Shown here: one piece after another, positions 1 to 8,870 of the stretch
Layout of the letters: the number at the start of each line of letters is the position of its first letter
Position numbering within the stretch: the stretch's first letter is position 1
Source of the DNA: Bacillota bacterium
GTDB taxonomy: Bacteria > Bacillota > Limnochordia > Darwinibacteriales > Darwinibacteriaceae
Direction of reading: 5' to 3'
Length of the DNA stretch: 64,000 nt
Assembly (NCBI GenBank): GCA_012520315.1
Contig: JAAYOM010000059.1
Span: 25,316 to 89,315 of the forward strand
The notes under the pieces: model-generated
What the model saw: the letters and a program-made list of their open reading frames with translations, nothing else
Told to the model about the DNA's origin: nothing
Databases searched by the model: none
Position numbers and translations under genes: made by a program

Positions 1-749
1 TGCGAATCATTTTTGAACTTAAAGTCAGTGTAAGGCCAGGCCACCGCAGCATCCAGTCCATGCTTAATGTAGCTTGGCGCAATGGAGTGGATCCTGCGTT
101 CCACAATCTCAAGTCCCGCCAGGCGCACTGCATTGTACAGTGTGGTGGAAGACTGACATATACCTCCTCCGACCCCTGGCACAACTGCCTCGCCTAGAAT
201 AATGGGAGCGTTACGATAACCCTTCTCTACCGTCCGCTCCCCCACCGTTCCATTAAAGGAAAACACCTCTCCAGGCAGCACTACTGAATTGTTGATGGCA
301 GCCAGGGAAAGGCGAATATTTTCAACTCGGCCGGGACTGCCAATGAGGGGAGTGGAAAAATCGCCCAGAACATCCACCAGCTCCTGCAGATGCTCCGTGC
401 GCACAAAGGGCACAACTTCAATCCCCTCCAGGGCTATGCGGCTTTTCGCCGGAGCGTTGATAACACTGTCAACAATAGCGTCCACATCAAAATAGAGTCC
501 GTTTACATGGGGAATAATCTCACCTGTAGCCTTCTCTAACGTTGCATTAGCGGGAAAGCGCATATTGGCACGGGCCATCTGCTCCACAATCACCCGCACT
601 TCGTTTGGGTAATAGTATTCCATGATTTGACCTGCTAAATAAACCTCCGAGCGCACTCCAAAAAACCTGCGGTGAATGGTGCGATACATCAGGGGCAAAC
701 CAAAGCCCAATGTAGAAATCAGGGCTGCCATAGCAATGATTCTTCGCAT
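1..749 (-). CDS. VanW-domain protein (C-terminal part runs off the left edge of the window)
   Basis: Own reverse translation from ATG at 749..747 (GGAGG about 10 nt upstream) gives MRRIIAMAALISTLGF... (N-terminal TM). It continues to ...GVGGGICQSSTTLYNAVRLAGLEIVERRIHS...GLDAAVAWPYTDFKFKNDS, the VanW-domain core. It is absent from the ORF track because there is no stop inside the window. Confidence 0.75.
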   Translation of the reverse strand, partial: MRRIIAMAALISTLGFGLPLMYRTIHRRFFGVRSEVYLAGQIMEYYYPNEVRVIVEQMARANMRFPANATLEKATGEIIPHVNGLYFDVDAIVDSVINAPAKSRIALEGIEVVPFVRTEHLQELVDVLGDFSTPLIGSPGRVENIRLSLAAINNSVVLPGEVFSFNGTVGERTVEKGYRNAPIILGEAVVPGVGGGICQSSTTLYNAVRLAGLEIVERRIHSIAPSYIKHGLDAAVAWPYTDFKFKNDS

Positions 750-801
750 AGTCACACTTCCTCCCTTCCCAGTCTATTCCGGAAAGGAGAGAAGTAAAAC
801 A

Positions 802-2103
802 TTAGACGACCCACTCACCGTTTTTATGTTTGCCATGGGCCCCAGCGAGAAACATGATCTCCTCCGCCAGTTTCTTGCTGTCATGGCGGACCAGATCCAT
901 GCGATCTAAGAGATCCCTTTGGTGTACCCGAACCCCCAGGGCCTCTAAAGCCCCTAGGTCAACTCGAACCGGATGGGCTCCCTGCCTGGCATACATCCTG
1001 GTCTGCGCTGCTGAAATCAAAGCCTGATTGACTAGCACATAATCAAAAATGTTTTTTCCGTCCACATGGGCTAAGATACCCTGCACGTGGTCGCTGGCTG
1101 TATACCCATCTGTCTCGCCGGGCTGGGTCATCGCGTTGCAGACATAGATGCGCAGGGCAGAAGTGTCTTCCAAAGCTTCCGTAATGCCGGGAATCAGTAA
1201 GTTTGGCATAATGCTTGTGTAAAGGCTCCCAGGTCCGATTACTACTACATCTGCATGTAAAATCGCCTGCACTGCCTCTGGCAAAGCCCTAGGGGCTCTT
1301 GGTTCCAAGAACACTTTATTGATCTTTTTGTTTTGCTGGGGCAGCAAACTCTCGCCCATCATGGTTGAACCATCTTCATAGACCGCTCCCAGGCGAACAG
1401 ACTCTAAAGTGGGAGGAAGCACCTTGCCCCGCACCGCCAAGACCTTGCTAAAAGCCCGTATTGATTCTTCAAAGTCGCCTGTTATGTCAGTCATGGCTGC
1501 TATAAACAAGTTGCCGAAACTATGCCCCTCCAGCCCTTCACCCCAGTTAAAGCGATACTGGAAGAGCTCTTCCATCAAAGGTTCGGTATCAGCCAGAGCA
1601 ACCAACGTATTGCGAACATCACCTGGAGGCAGAATGCCTAAATCGTCGCGGATACGCCCGGAACTTCCTCCGTCATCAGCTACAGTCACAATGGCTGTAA
1701 TATTTGCCGTATACTCCTTTAAACCCCTGAGCATAGTGGCAAGACCGGTTCCCCCGCCAATGGTCACGATATGCAGGCCCTTTTCAAGGTTGCGGGTCTT
1801 GTAGACATGTTCCACCAGGTTAGGCACATCGGCAGGCCGAATTGCCCCCACCACAGAACGGATGCCGTAGCGAACTGCTAAGCCAACAAAAAGGGCACCT
1901 AGGCCCACCAAGGCTGCACCCAGGTAAACGGGGTTAAATCTCCAGGTAGCTGCCCAAGCCAAAATCTTCTTTTCGTAAAGGGAAAACACTGGAGTGTTCA
2001 ACAGGATGATTATTCCGGTAGCAGCCAAAAAAATCCCCATCACTAATAGACCCAGCCAGCGTTTAACCCGCATGCCCGGGTACAGCCACTTCATTCTCTG
2101 CAT
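802..2103 (-). CDS. yvcK: YvcK/GlmR-family (CofD-like, UPF0052) protein with two N-terminal TM helices
   Basis: Motifs GGGTGLATMLRGLK and VTVADDGGSSGRIRDDLGILPPGDVRN are present. The N-terminus is hydrophobic (WLGLLVMGIFLAATGIIILL, LGAALVGLGALFVGLAV). I preferred the ATG at 2103 (AAGGGGGTGGG upstream) over the track start at 2124. Confidence 0.8.
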   Translation of the reverse strand: MQRMKWLYPGMRVKRWLGLLVMGIFLAATGIIILLNTPVFSLYEKKILAWAATWRFNPVYLGAALVGLGALFVGLAVRYGIRSVVGAIRPADVPNLVEHVYKTRNLEKGLHIVTIGGGTGLATMLRGLKEYTANITAIVTVADDGGSSGRIRDDLGILPPGDVRNTLVALADTEPLMEELFQYRFNWGEGLEGHSFGNLFIAAMTDITGDFEESIRAFSKVLAVRGKVLPPTLESVRLGAVYEDGSTMMGESLLPQQNKKINKVFLEPRAPRALPEAVQAILHADVVVIGPGSLYTSIMPNLLIPGITEALEDTSALRIYVCNAMTQPGETDGYTASDHVQGILAHVDGKNIFDYVLVNQALISAAQTRMYARQGAHPVRVDLGALEALGVRVHQRDLLDRMDLVRHDSKKLAEEIMFLAGAHGKHKNGEWVV

Positions 2104-2138
2104 CTTGCCCACCCCCTTAGGCAAAATTCAAGCGCATC

Positions 2139-2861
2139 TTACAGCTTGCTGCCGGCAGCCTGATCCACAACAAAAGTTACTGAGGGATGCAGCTGCAGAA
2201 CCGATGCAGGCACCTTGGGTGTCACCGGACCCCTTAAGGCAGCATAAATGGCCTCGGCCTTACTGCCGCCGTAAGCAATGAGCACTATGTTTTTGGCGCG
2301 CATAATGCTCTTGATGCCCATAGAGACCGCCTGTGTCGGCACTTCATCCGGGGATGCGAAAAAACGGGCATTGTCTTTAATGGTACTTTCAGTCAAATCT
2401 ACAACTTGTGTAGTGGAACCAAAGGGAGTGCCGGGCTCGTTAAAGCCGATATGGGCGTTTGAGCCAATGCCAAGCAGCTGCAGATCAATTCCCCCCACCT
2501 GCCTGATGGCCTGCTCATAGCGTTCACATTCTGCCTGCAGATCAGGGGCGGTGCCGCTGGGCACATGGGTGTTTTCTTTTCTCACATTCACTTTGGAAAA
2601 AAGATTTTCCTCCATATAATGCCTGTAACTTTGGGGATGAGCAGGCGCCAAGCCGACATACTCATCAAGATTGAAGGTAGTTACACTGCTAAAATCCACC
2701 CCGCGCTGATGGTATTCGGCCAGCAGCCGATAGACACCTAAAGGGGTGCTTCCGGTCGCTAAACCCAAAACGCTATTTGGCTTGCTTCTGATTTGTGCAA
2801 CCATCAATTTGGCTGCTTCTTCACTCATTCTGTCGAAATTGTTCACCACAACAACATTCAT
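2139..2861 (-). CDS. nagB: glucosamine-6-phosphate deaminase
   Basis: The 240-aa product has typical NagB sequence (LGLATGSTPLGVY, FNLDEY, LLGIGSNAHIGFNEPG). A GAGAGGTGA RBS lies 6 nt upstream. Confidence 0.9.
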   Translation of the reverse strand: MNVVVVNNFDRMSEEAAKLMVAQIRSKPNSVLGLATGSTPLGVYRLLAEYHQRGVDFSSVTTFNLDEYVGLAPAHPQSYRHYMEENLFSKVNVRKENTHVPSGTAPDLQAECERYEQAIRQVGGIDLQLLGIGSNAHIGFNEPGTPFGSTTQVVDLTESTIKDNARFFASPDEVPTQAVSMGIKSIMRAKNIVLIAYGGSKAEAIYAALRGPVTPKVPASVLQLHPSVTFVVDQAAGSKL

Positions 2862-2880
2862 TTCCGATCACCTCTCTTGC

Positions 2881-4062
2881 TTATTGGTCGCTATATGCCA
2901 CTTGGCCAGCGATAATTGTCTTTTGGACTGTAAAACTCTCGCTCAGGATCACAAAATCTGCACGATTCCCTTCCCTGATCCAGCCCCGATCCGCAAGTCC
3001 AAGGGACTGGGCTGGGTTAAGGCTGGCCATGCGGAGTGCATCTTGCAGGGAGATACCTACCTCTTGAACCATGTTTTTGACAGCCCGCAGCATAGTTAGG
3101 GTACTGCCTGCCAAGTTGCCTTCGGCTAGACGTGCTGCTCCATCCTTTACAAAGATTTGGTGATCCCCAAGCATGTACTCGCCATCAGGCAGGCCAGTAG
3201 CCTGTACAGCGTCTGAAATGAGTACAACGCGTTCCACACCTGCACTGCGCAAGAGCACCCTGATGGCTCCTGGATGCACATGCACCAAATCTGCAATAAG
3301 CTCGGCCCAGATGCCCGGCGTAGCCAAGACAGCCCCTAGCACTCCAGGTTCCCTATGATGCAGACCCCGCATGCCGTTATAGGTATGGGTCGCGTGGGTG
3401 ATGCCGGCTTCAAAGCCTTCCATAGCCTCTTCATAGGTTGCATCAGAATGGCCGATAGAGACATTGATTCCCCGCTCCTTAAGCCAGGCTATGGCATCTA
3501 GACTGCCTGGAACTTCCGGCGCCAGTGTAACTAAGCGGAGCTTATCCCCTAAAATGCTATATAGCTCCTCCAGCTCCCCTAAGTCAGCGGGTCTAATAGC
3601 TGGGCCATACTGGGCGCCTTTGTACTTCTCGTTAATGTATGGTCCTTCCAAGTGAACCCCCAGTACCTCCGCCTCATCGTTGGATCCGGCATAGTCTGCC
3701 ACCAGCTGAGCGACGGAACGAGTTTTCTCTGGGGCAGCAGTTACGGTACTGGGCAAAAATGCAACCGTACCCGATTTGGCCAAGAAGCGGGCCATAGTGC
3801 GTAAAGCTTCCTCTGTGCCGTCCATCAGTTCAAAGCCTGCAGAACCATGCATGTGTACATCAATCAACCCAGGTGCAATATATCCTCCTTGAGCATCAAT
3901 GATCTCAAAGACACCTGGAATAGCTGCATCTTTAATTCGGGCACCTTCTTCTTCGTCGCCCACATACATAATGCGGTCTCCTATGGTTACCACTGTACCG
4001 TTTGGGATCAGTTCATCAGCGACTACGGTGCCGTTTGTCAGGATCAAGTGCTTGTTTCTCAC
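2881..4062 (-). CDS. nagA: N-acetylglucosamine-6-phosphate deacetylase
   Basis: The 393-aa amidohydrolase has PGLIDVHMHG, HLEGPYIN, THTYNGM and ISDA motifs. The start is GTG. Confidence 0.9.
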   Translation of the reverse strand: MRNKHLILTNGTVVADELIPNGTVVTIGDRIMYVGDEEEGARIKDAAIPGVFEIIDAQGGYIAPGLIDVHMHGSAGFELMDGTEEALRTMARFLAKSGTVAFLPSTVTAAPEKTRSVAQLVADYAGSNDEAEVLGVHLEGPYINEKYKGAQYGPAIRPADLGELEELYSILGDKLRLVTLAPEVPGSLDAIAWLKERGINVSIGHSDATYEEAMEGFEAGITHATHTYNGMRGLHHREPGVLGAVLATPGIWAELIADLVHVHPGAIRVLLRSAGVERVVLISDAVQATGLPDGEYMLGDHQIFVKDGAARLAEGNLAGSTLTMLRAVKNMVQEVGISLQDALRMASLNPAQSLGLADRGWIREGNRADFVILSESFTVQKTIIAGQVAYSDQ

Positions 4063-4208
4063 TTTGCATCACATCCCTTTAGCATTCTCTCCCTAGCAAT
4101 TCTTCTATTGCAAATACTTTTCCTGCCTGCTCCCTAGTCTTGCAGACAGTCCTTGGTCAGAAAGATTTTCAACTAAACAAGTTAACCTGAAACAAATATT
4201 AATCTTAC

Positions 4209-4238
4209 TTGCATATTCATACAAACATGCTGTATAAT
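4209..4238 (+). promoter_or_regulatory. candidate sigma-A promoter for the amino-acid ABC genes
   Basis: TTGCAT (4209-4214), an 18-nt spacer and TATAAT (4233-4238), about 37 nt upstream of the ATG at 4275. Confidence 0.45.
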
Positions 4239-4274
4239 TAGCCCATTAACTGATGGAAGGATGTATTCTACTCT

Positions 4275-5042
4275 ATGAAAAAACTGGTTGTACTCATACT
4301 TACCGTCACCCTGTCCCTTGCTCTCCCTACCTTTGCCTTTGGCCAAGGGGTGCTGAGAGTTGCCACAGAAGCAGGTTTTATGCCCTTTGAATACGTGGGG
4401 GAAACTGGCCAACTTTTGGGTTTTGATATGGACTTGATCAGGGCTATCGGCCAGGTTCTCGGCCTAGAAGTCAAAATCGACAATATCAGCTGGGACGGAC
4501 TGATTCCTGCACTGTTAAATAACAACTACGATGCAGTAATTGCCGGTGTCACCATTACCCCTGAACGCCAAAACAGCGTAGACTTTTCCGATCCCTATTT
4601 CGAATCTGTACTCACCATTGTCACCAAGCAAGGTGCAGCTAGTTTGGCCAGTCTGGACAGCCTAACTGGAAAAGCTGCAGCAGTGCAAATCAGTACAACT
4701 GGAGACTTTACCGCAAGTGACCTCTATGATGAGGGAAAGCTAAAAAGTGTCTCCCGTTTTGATACTGTAGCCGATGCCATGCAGGCTGTTATCATTGGCG
4801 TGGCTGATGTAGTCATAGTTGACCTGCCTGTGGCCCAGGCCTACCTTGATGCCAATCCCCATGCCCCACTGATCGCTGCCGGAGCGGTAGCTGCCAATGA
4901 GTACTATGGCATTGCAGTGAACAAGAACAACCAGGAGCTCTTGGAGCAAATCAACTCAGCCCTAATTGAATTAGAAGAAAACGGCACCTATGCTGAAATC
5001 TACAATAAGTGGTTTGGTGCAGCTGCCCCACAAACTAACTAG
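4275..5042 (+). CDS. polar amino-acid ABC transporter substrate-binding protein (GlnH/ArtJ-like)
   Basis: A signal peptide (MKKLVVLILTVTLSLALPTFAFG) is followed by a family-3 SBP core (GFDMDLIRAI, WDGLIPALLNNNYDAVIAGVTITPER, VDFSDPY). Confidence 0.85.
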   Translation: MKKLVVLILTVTLSLALPTFAFGQGVLRVATEAGFMPFEYVGETGQLLGFDMDLIRAIGQVLGLEVKIDNISWDGLIPALLNNNYDAVIAGVTITPERQNSVDFSDPYFESVLTIVTKQGAASLASLDSLTGKAAAVQISTTGDFTASDLYDEGKLKSVSRFDTVADAMQAVIIGVADVVIVDLPVAQAYLDANPHAPLIAAGAVAANEYYGIAVNKNNQELLEQINSALIELEENGTYAEIYNKWFGAAAPQTN

Positions 5043-5083
5043 TCTTAGTCTTGTGTGGTTAGGCCGGAAAGGAGAATTCTAAC

Positions 5084-5740
5084 GTGGACTTTCGCTGGGA
5101 TCTAGTCTGGAGCTCACTGCCAACACTTTTGACAGGGGCTAAACTAACAGTACAACTAACTTCTATAGCGGTCTTCTTCGGCACCATCCTTGGTACTCTG
5201 GCTGGGATAGCCAGAATCTCAAGCGGGCTGTTTAAAGCAGTCTCTGCCGCATATATCGACGTAATCCGGGGAACACCGCTTCTTGTGCAAACATTCATAA
5301 TATTCTACGGATTGCCCAGCATTATTCAGCGCCCAATTCCGGCCTATGTGGCCGCAGTGTTAGCCCTCAGCATCAACAGCGGCGCCTACGTAGGAGAAAT
5401 TGTCCGGGCCGGAATCCAATCCATCGATCGGGGCCAGTGGGAAGCAGCAGCTTCCCTCGGACACTCTCGCTTGCAAACCATGGGTTATATCATCCTGCCC
5501 CAGGCCCTAAAAAGAACACTCCCGCCCTTGGGCAACGAGTTTATTGCGCTGTTAAAGGACTCTTCCTTAGTTTCCGTCATCGCCCTGGAAGAGCTCGTGC
5601 GCAAGGGGCAAATAATCATTGGGCGCACCTTTCGCCCCTTCGAGATTTGGCTGGCAGTAGCCATGATTTACTTTGTTATGACCTTTACCGTCTCCCGCTT
5701 CGTAAACCTGTTAGAACGCAAAATGGCGCCTGAGTCGTAA
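5084..5740 (+). CDS. polar amino-acid ABC transporter permease (His/Glu/Gln/Arg family)
   Basis: The 218-aa product is multi-TM and carries an EAA-loop-like segment (EAAASLGHSRLQTMGYIILPQALKRTLPPLGNEFIALLKDSSL). Confidence 0.85.
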   Translation: MDFRWDLVWSSLPTLLTGAKLTVQLTSIAVFFGTILGTLAGIARISSGLFKAVSAAYIDVIRGTPLLVQTFIIFYGLPSIIQRPIPAYVAAVLALSINSGAYVGEIVRAGIQSIDRGQWEAAASLGHSRLQTMGYIILPQALKRTLPPLGNEFIALLKDSSLVSVIALEELVRKGQIIIGRTFRPFEIWLAVAMIYFVMTFTVSRFVNLLERKMAPES

Positions 5741-5748
5741 AGCGGTTG

Positions 5749-6486
5749 TCAACGCCGACTTAAGCGCCAGTCAGGCCCCATTAGAAAAACATGTAAGTTG
5801 TGACCGACAATGCGCGAGGCTAAGCGCATGCCAACCCTAGCTTCAAAATCTTTGATTTCATAATTGGTCGTAAAAACAGTCGGCTTAAGATTGGACAGGC
5901 GAGTATCAACGATCAGCAGCAAACGCTCTACAGTCCAGGCGGTTTCCCGTTCACTGCCGATATCATCTAGAACCAAAAGATCTGCGGACAGCAATTCATC
6001 TACACTGACATTGCTTGTCCGCATTCTTTCTAGAAGCATGGGAACATTCGCAAACCAGACCGCATGTGTGTCTTTTAGCGCATTGACTATGGCGCAGGCC
6101 AGATGGGTTTTACCAGTTCCTGAGGGCCCCATGAGCAAAATACCCCGTCCTTGCGGAATTTTCGGGAATCTCCTCGCAAAGGTAAGGCAGTCGTTATAAG
6201 ATTTTCGATTCATAGCCGTGACCTGAAAGTTTTCAAAGGTACGATCCCTCAGGCCTATGGGCAGCGGTTCACGCGGACCGGGGCGAATCAACAGATTCTG
6301 CTGATTCAGGCGCACTTGGGTGCGCTCTTTTTTCACGCAAGTGCAATCGGACAGCAGCCAGTGCCCTGGAGCTAAGGGTGGCGGCACTGGAAAGGGGTGC
6401 CGGCGATAGATCTCAAGGCGCACCTCGCCGCACTCGGGGCAAAGCTTCCCCCCAAAAAAGGAACGCCTCAAACCAAGTTCACTCAT
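5749..6486 (-). CDS. DnaC/DnaI-like AAA+ helicase-loader ATPase with an N-terminal Cys-rich segment
   Basis: Walker A is GPSGTGKTHLACAI and Walker B is LLVLDDIG. An N-terminal CPEC...CTC motif is present. I placed the start at ATG 6486 (MSELGL), which gives an ATGAGTGA overlap with the upstream stop. The track ORF extends further upstream in a region that overlaps the neighbouring gene. Confidence 0.75.
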   Translation of the reverse strand: MSELGLRRSFFGGKLCPECGEVRLEIYRRHPFPVPPPLAPGHWLLSDCTCVKKERTQVRLNQQNLLIRPGPREPLPIGLRDRTFENFQVTAMNRKSYNDCLTFARRFPKIPQGRGILLMGPSGTGKTHLACAIVNALKDTHAVWFANVPMLLERMRTSNVSVDELLSADLLVLDDIGSERETAWTVERLLLIVDTRLSNLKPTVFTTNYEIKDFEARVGMRLASRIVGHNLHVFLMGPDWRLSRR

Positions 6487-6871
6487 CCAGCCACGTGAAG
6501 AGGCTGCGATCCTGCTTTGATTCCGTATAGGTGAAATCTTCCCTCCGGATTTTCTCCTTAGTCTGGACACTTCCTTCCCTCCCCGCACTGCTTTGATCTT
6601 CATTAAGGGCAGACCAATAGGCATAAAACTTATCGTCGGTAGTAATGCCATGATTGAGCCAATCTTGAATAATTGCATAGATATAATTAAAAGAAATCCG
6701 CTTCTCCCTGCCCTGCAGAAGGCTGAGGCGCTGCTGCTGTCTGGCCCTTAGTATAGCACAGCCAATCACAAAAGGAGTCATTCCTTCATCGTGGGCGGCC
6801 CAAAGCTTCTCTTTTTGGGCACTGGAGAGTAGGGCAATTTTCTTTTGATACAGCGAAAAAACATCCTCCAT
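6479..6871 (-). CDS. DnaD/DnaB_2-domain replication initiation protein
   Basis: The segment ISFNYIYAIIQDWLNHGITTDDKF and its preceding helices resemble the DnaD C-terminal domain. I chose the start at MEDVFSLYQ (6871), which is 8 nt after the upstream stop. Confidence 0.6.
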   Translation of the reverse strand: MEDVFSLYQKKIALLSSAQKEKLWAAHDEGMTPFVIGCAILRARQQQRLSLLQGREKRISFNYIYAIIQDWLNHGITTDDKFYAYWSALNEDQSSAGREGSVQTKEKIRREDFTYTESKQDRSLFTWLDE

Positions 6872-6878
6872 AGTCGGA

Positions 6879-7715
6879 TCAGCCACGTTGCCACCTCCAT
6901 ACGCAAAAGCTTCCCAAAGCAAAAACAACAACCAACAATCTCCAAAACCACTGTGGTGCAAGAGCTCTGCGACTAAAGACGGGATAGAGCACTCCCTTAC
7001 TCAACTGCACTTTTTGACTCCGAGTTCCCAAACGGGGGGCTAAGATGTCAAAGATGGGCAGCCCATCACCCCCAACCTGCCAAGGGCCTTCGCCCAGATC
7101 GCGCCAGAAGTCTTCTGCCAAGCCGTCAAAGGAACCAATAAGGACATAATAACCCCAGGCAGAGTTAGGCTGGGGCAGTACATCATCCCTGATTTGCAGG
7201 CGAACTGTTTTGTTGTCAGCCAAACAGAAGCTGGTTACTTCCTCTGAAAAAACTTGCACCCGATTGTCTTCCCCAATCACATAAAGTTTAGCTTCATCAA
7301 AGGGAGATATGCTTAAGCGCAAGTCCCAACCCAGCTCCGGGGCTGTCTGCAGATTATGGCTGCCGACCTTAAGTGCAGTGCGTCCAAGGCGCAATCCCGT
7401 GTGTATATAAACTTCGATACGTTGATGAAAGTACCCTTCCGGTGCTTGAAAAGGATTCGTTAACGCAGCAAACTGAAAGTCAAAATACACATTATCTTCG
7501 TCCTGGGACACCACAAATTCCAACAAGTCAAACAACCCCGGCACATACACCCTATGATCAGGGTAGAGAAGGTTGCCTGCCCCTGCATCATCGCCCTGGG
7601 CATCCCTAAATCTGGCAATCGGCTCCGCCCCAACCTGTCCGCGAGCAAGACCGGTTCTCAACAGCAGAGTAAACATAAGGCAAAGCAGCACTGCCCCTAA
7701 TCTTCGAAGATGCAT
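6879..7715 (-). CDS. secreted, C-terminally anchored protein with a glucodextranase-C-like (Glucodextran_C) domain
   Basis: It has a signal peptide (LGAVLLCLMFTLLLRTGLARG), the motif DAQGDDAGAGNLLYPDHRVYVPGLFDLLEFVV, and a C-terminal TM (WFWRLLVVVFALGSFCVW). Confidence 0.5.
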   Translation of the reverse strand: MHLRRLGAVLLCLMFTLLLRTGLARGQVGAEPIARFRDAQGDDAGAGNLLYPDHRVYVPGLFDLLEFVVSQDEDNVYFDFQFAALTNPFQAPEGYFHQRIEVYIHTGLRLGRTALKVGSHNLQTAPELGWDLRLSISPFDEAKLYVIGEDNRVQVFSEEVTSFCLADNKTVRLQIRDDVLPQPNSAWGYYVLIGSFDGLAEDFWRDLGEGPWQVGGDGLPIFDILAPRLGTRSQKVQLSKGVLYPVFSRRALAPQWFWRLLVVVFALGSFCVWRWQRG

Positions 7716-7757
7716 GGCAGATCCCCCCTAGGGGATCCTATGCGCTTAACCTTCCTT

Positions 7758-8870
7758 CTATTTATAAACTCGCTCAACGCGGCTGCTCAGCCTGGAAGTA
7801 ATTTCATAGTTGATGGTTCCCAGCAAATCTGCCCAGTCATGGGCATGAATATGATGCGTTCCGTCTGTGCCGAGCAAAATAACCTCATCACCGATGGAGA
7901 CCGGCATATCCCCAACGTCAATCAGGGTGTGATCCATGGTAATGGTTCCCACAATGGGACAGAGTGTTTCCTTAAGCAGAACCTTCCCCTTGTTGCTCAG
8001 TCCCCGGGACAATCCGTCAGCATAACCAATCGGCAGGACCGCAATGGATGTCTCCTTGTCTGTAACATAAGTGCTGTTATAACTTACAGCACTGCCTGCA
8101 GGAACCCTTTTTACGAAAGCCACTTTGGTTTTCAAGTTCATGGCAGGCCTAAGATCCAAAGGCCGGCGCCTATCTGGATACATGCCGTAAATGCCCAGCC
8201 CTACCCGGACCAAATCTAAGTGGGATTCTGGAAAAAACAATGTCGCTGCCGTATTTGCCGCGTGGGTATAGGGAATGGCAATTCCCCTGGCCTGAAGATC
8301 CTGGCGGACTTTCTGAAACCTCTCCCACTGCCACTTGGTATACTCTAGATCATCCTGTTCAGCCTGGGCAAAATGGGTAAAGACGCCTTGGATTTCTAAG
8401 CCGGGAAGGATTCTGACCAATTCAGCCAGATCTGCAAAGTCCTCGGGCAGAAGGCCCAGACGGCCCATGCCGGTATCTACTTTGATATGGACTTTGGCAG
8501 TTTTCTGTTGGTCTACTGCAGCCTTAGACAAAAGTCTGGCGATATGGGGTTCAAAAACTGTGACCACCAGATCCGCTGCGACACAGACATCCAACTCGTC
8601 GGCACCTACAGCCCCCAAAACAAGAATAGGAGCAGTAATTCCGCCCCGGCGAAGCCTGACTGCCTCCTCGGGAAGTGCTACCGCCAACCAGTTAGTGCCG
8701 TTGGCGATCATAGTATAGGCAGTTTCCAAGGCGCCGTGACCATAGCCATTGGCCTTGACAACGGCCATTAGCTCACAGTTAGGTCCGATATATTCGGTGA
8801 ACTGCCTAACATTATAAGCAATATTATCTAAACTGACTTCTGCCCAAACAGATCTAGTAAGTTTGCTCAT
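7758..8870 (-). CDS. alr: alanine racemase
   Basis: The PLP-Lys motif AVVKANGYGHG is present in a 370-aa product. There is a 4-nt overlap with the upstream gene. Confidence 0.9.
   Translation of the reverse strand: MSKLTRSVWAEVSLDNIAYNVRQFTEYIGPNCELMAVVKANGYGHGALETAYTMIANGTNWLAVALPEEAVRLRRGGITAPILVLGAVGADELDVCVAADLVVTVFEPHIARLLSKAAVDQQKTAKVHIKVDTGMGRLGLLPEDFADLAELVRILPGLEIQGVFTHFAQAEQDDLEYTKWQWERFQKVRQDLQARGIAIPYTHAANTAATLFFPESHLDLVRVGLGIYGMYPDRRRPLDLRPAMNLKTKVAFVKRVPAGSAVSYNSTYVTDKETSIAVLPIGYADGLSRGLSNKGKVLLKETLCPIVGTITMDHTLIDVGDMPVSIGDEVILLGTDGTHHIHAHDWADLLGTINYEITSRLSSRVERVYK

Noticed and set aside
5749-6486. Possibility that the DnaC/IstB-like ATPase marks an IS21-type element
   Set aside because: There is no IstA transposase, no inverted repeats that I could see, and no interruption of neighbouring genes. 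It is paired with a DnaD-domain gene and has a zinc-ribbon-like N-terminus, as in DnaI-type loaders.
6487-6678. N-terminal extension of the DnaC-like ORF (track start 6678)
   Set aside because: The extension overlaps the DnaD-like gene in another frame. ATG 6486 gives the classic ATGAGTGA coupling overlap and a sensible N-terminus.
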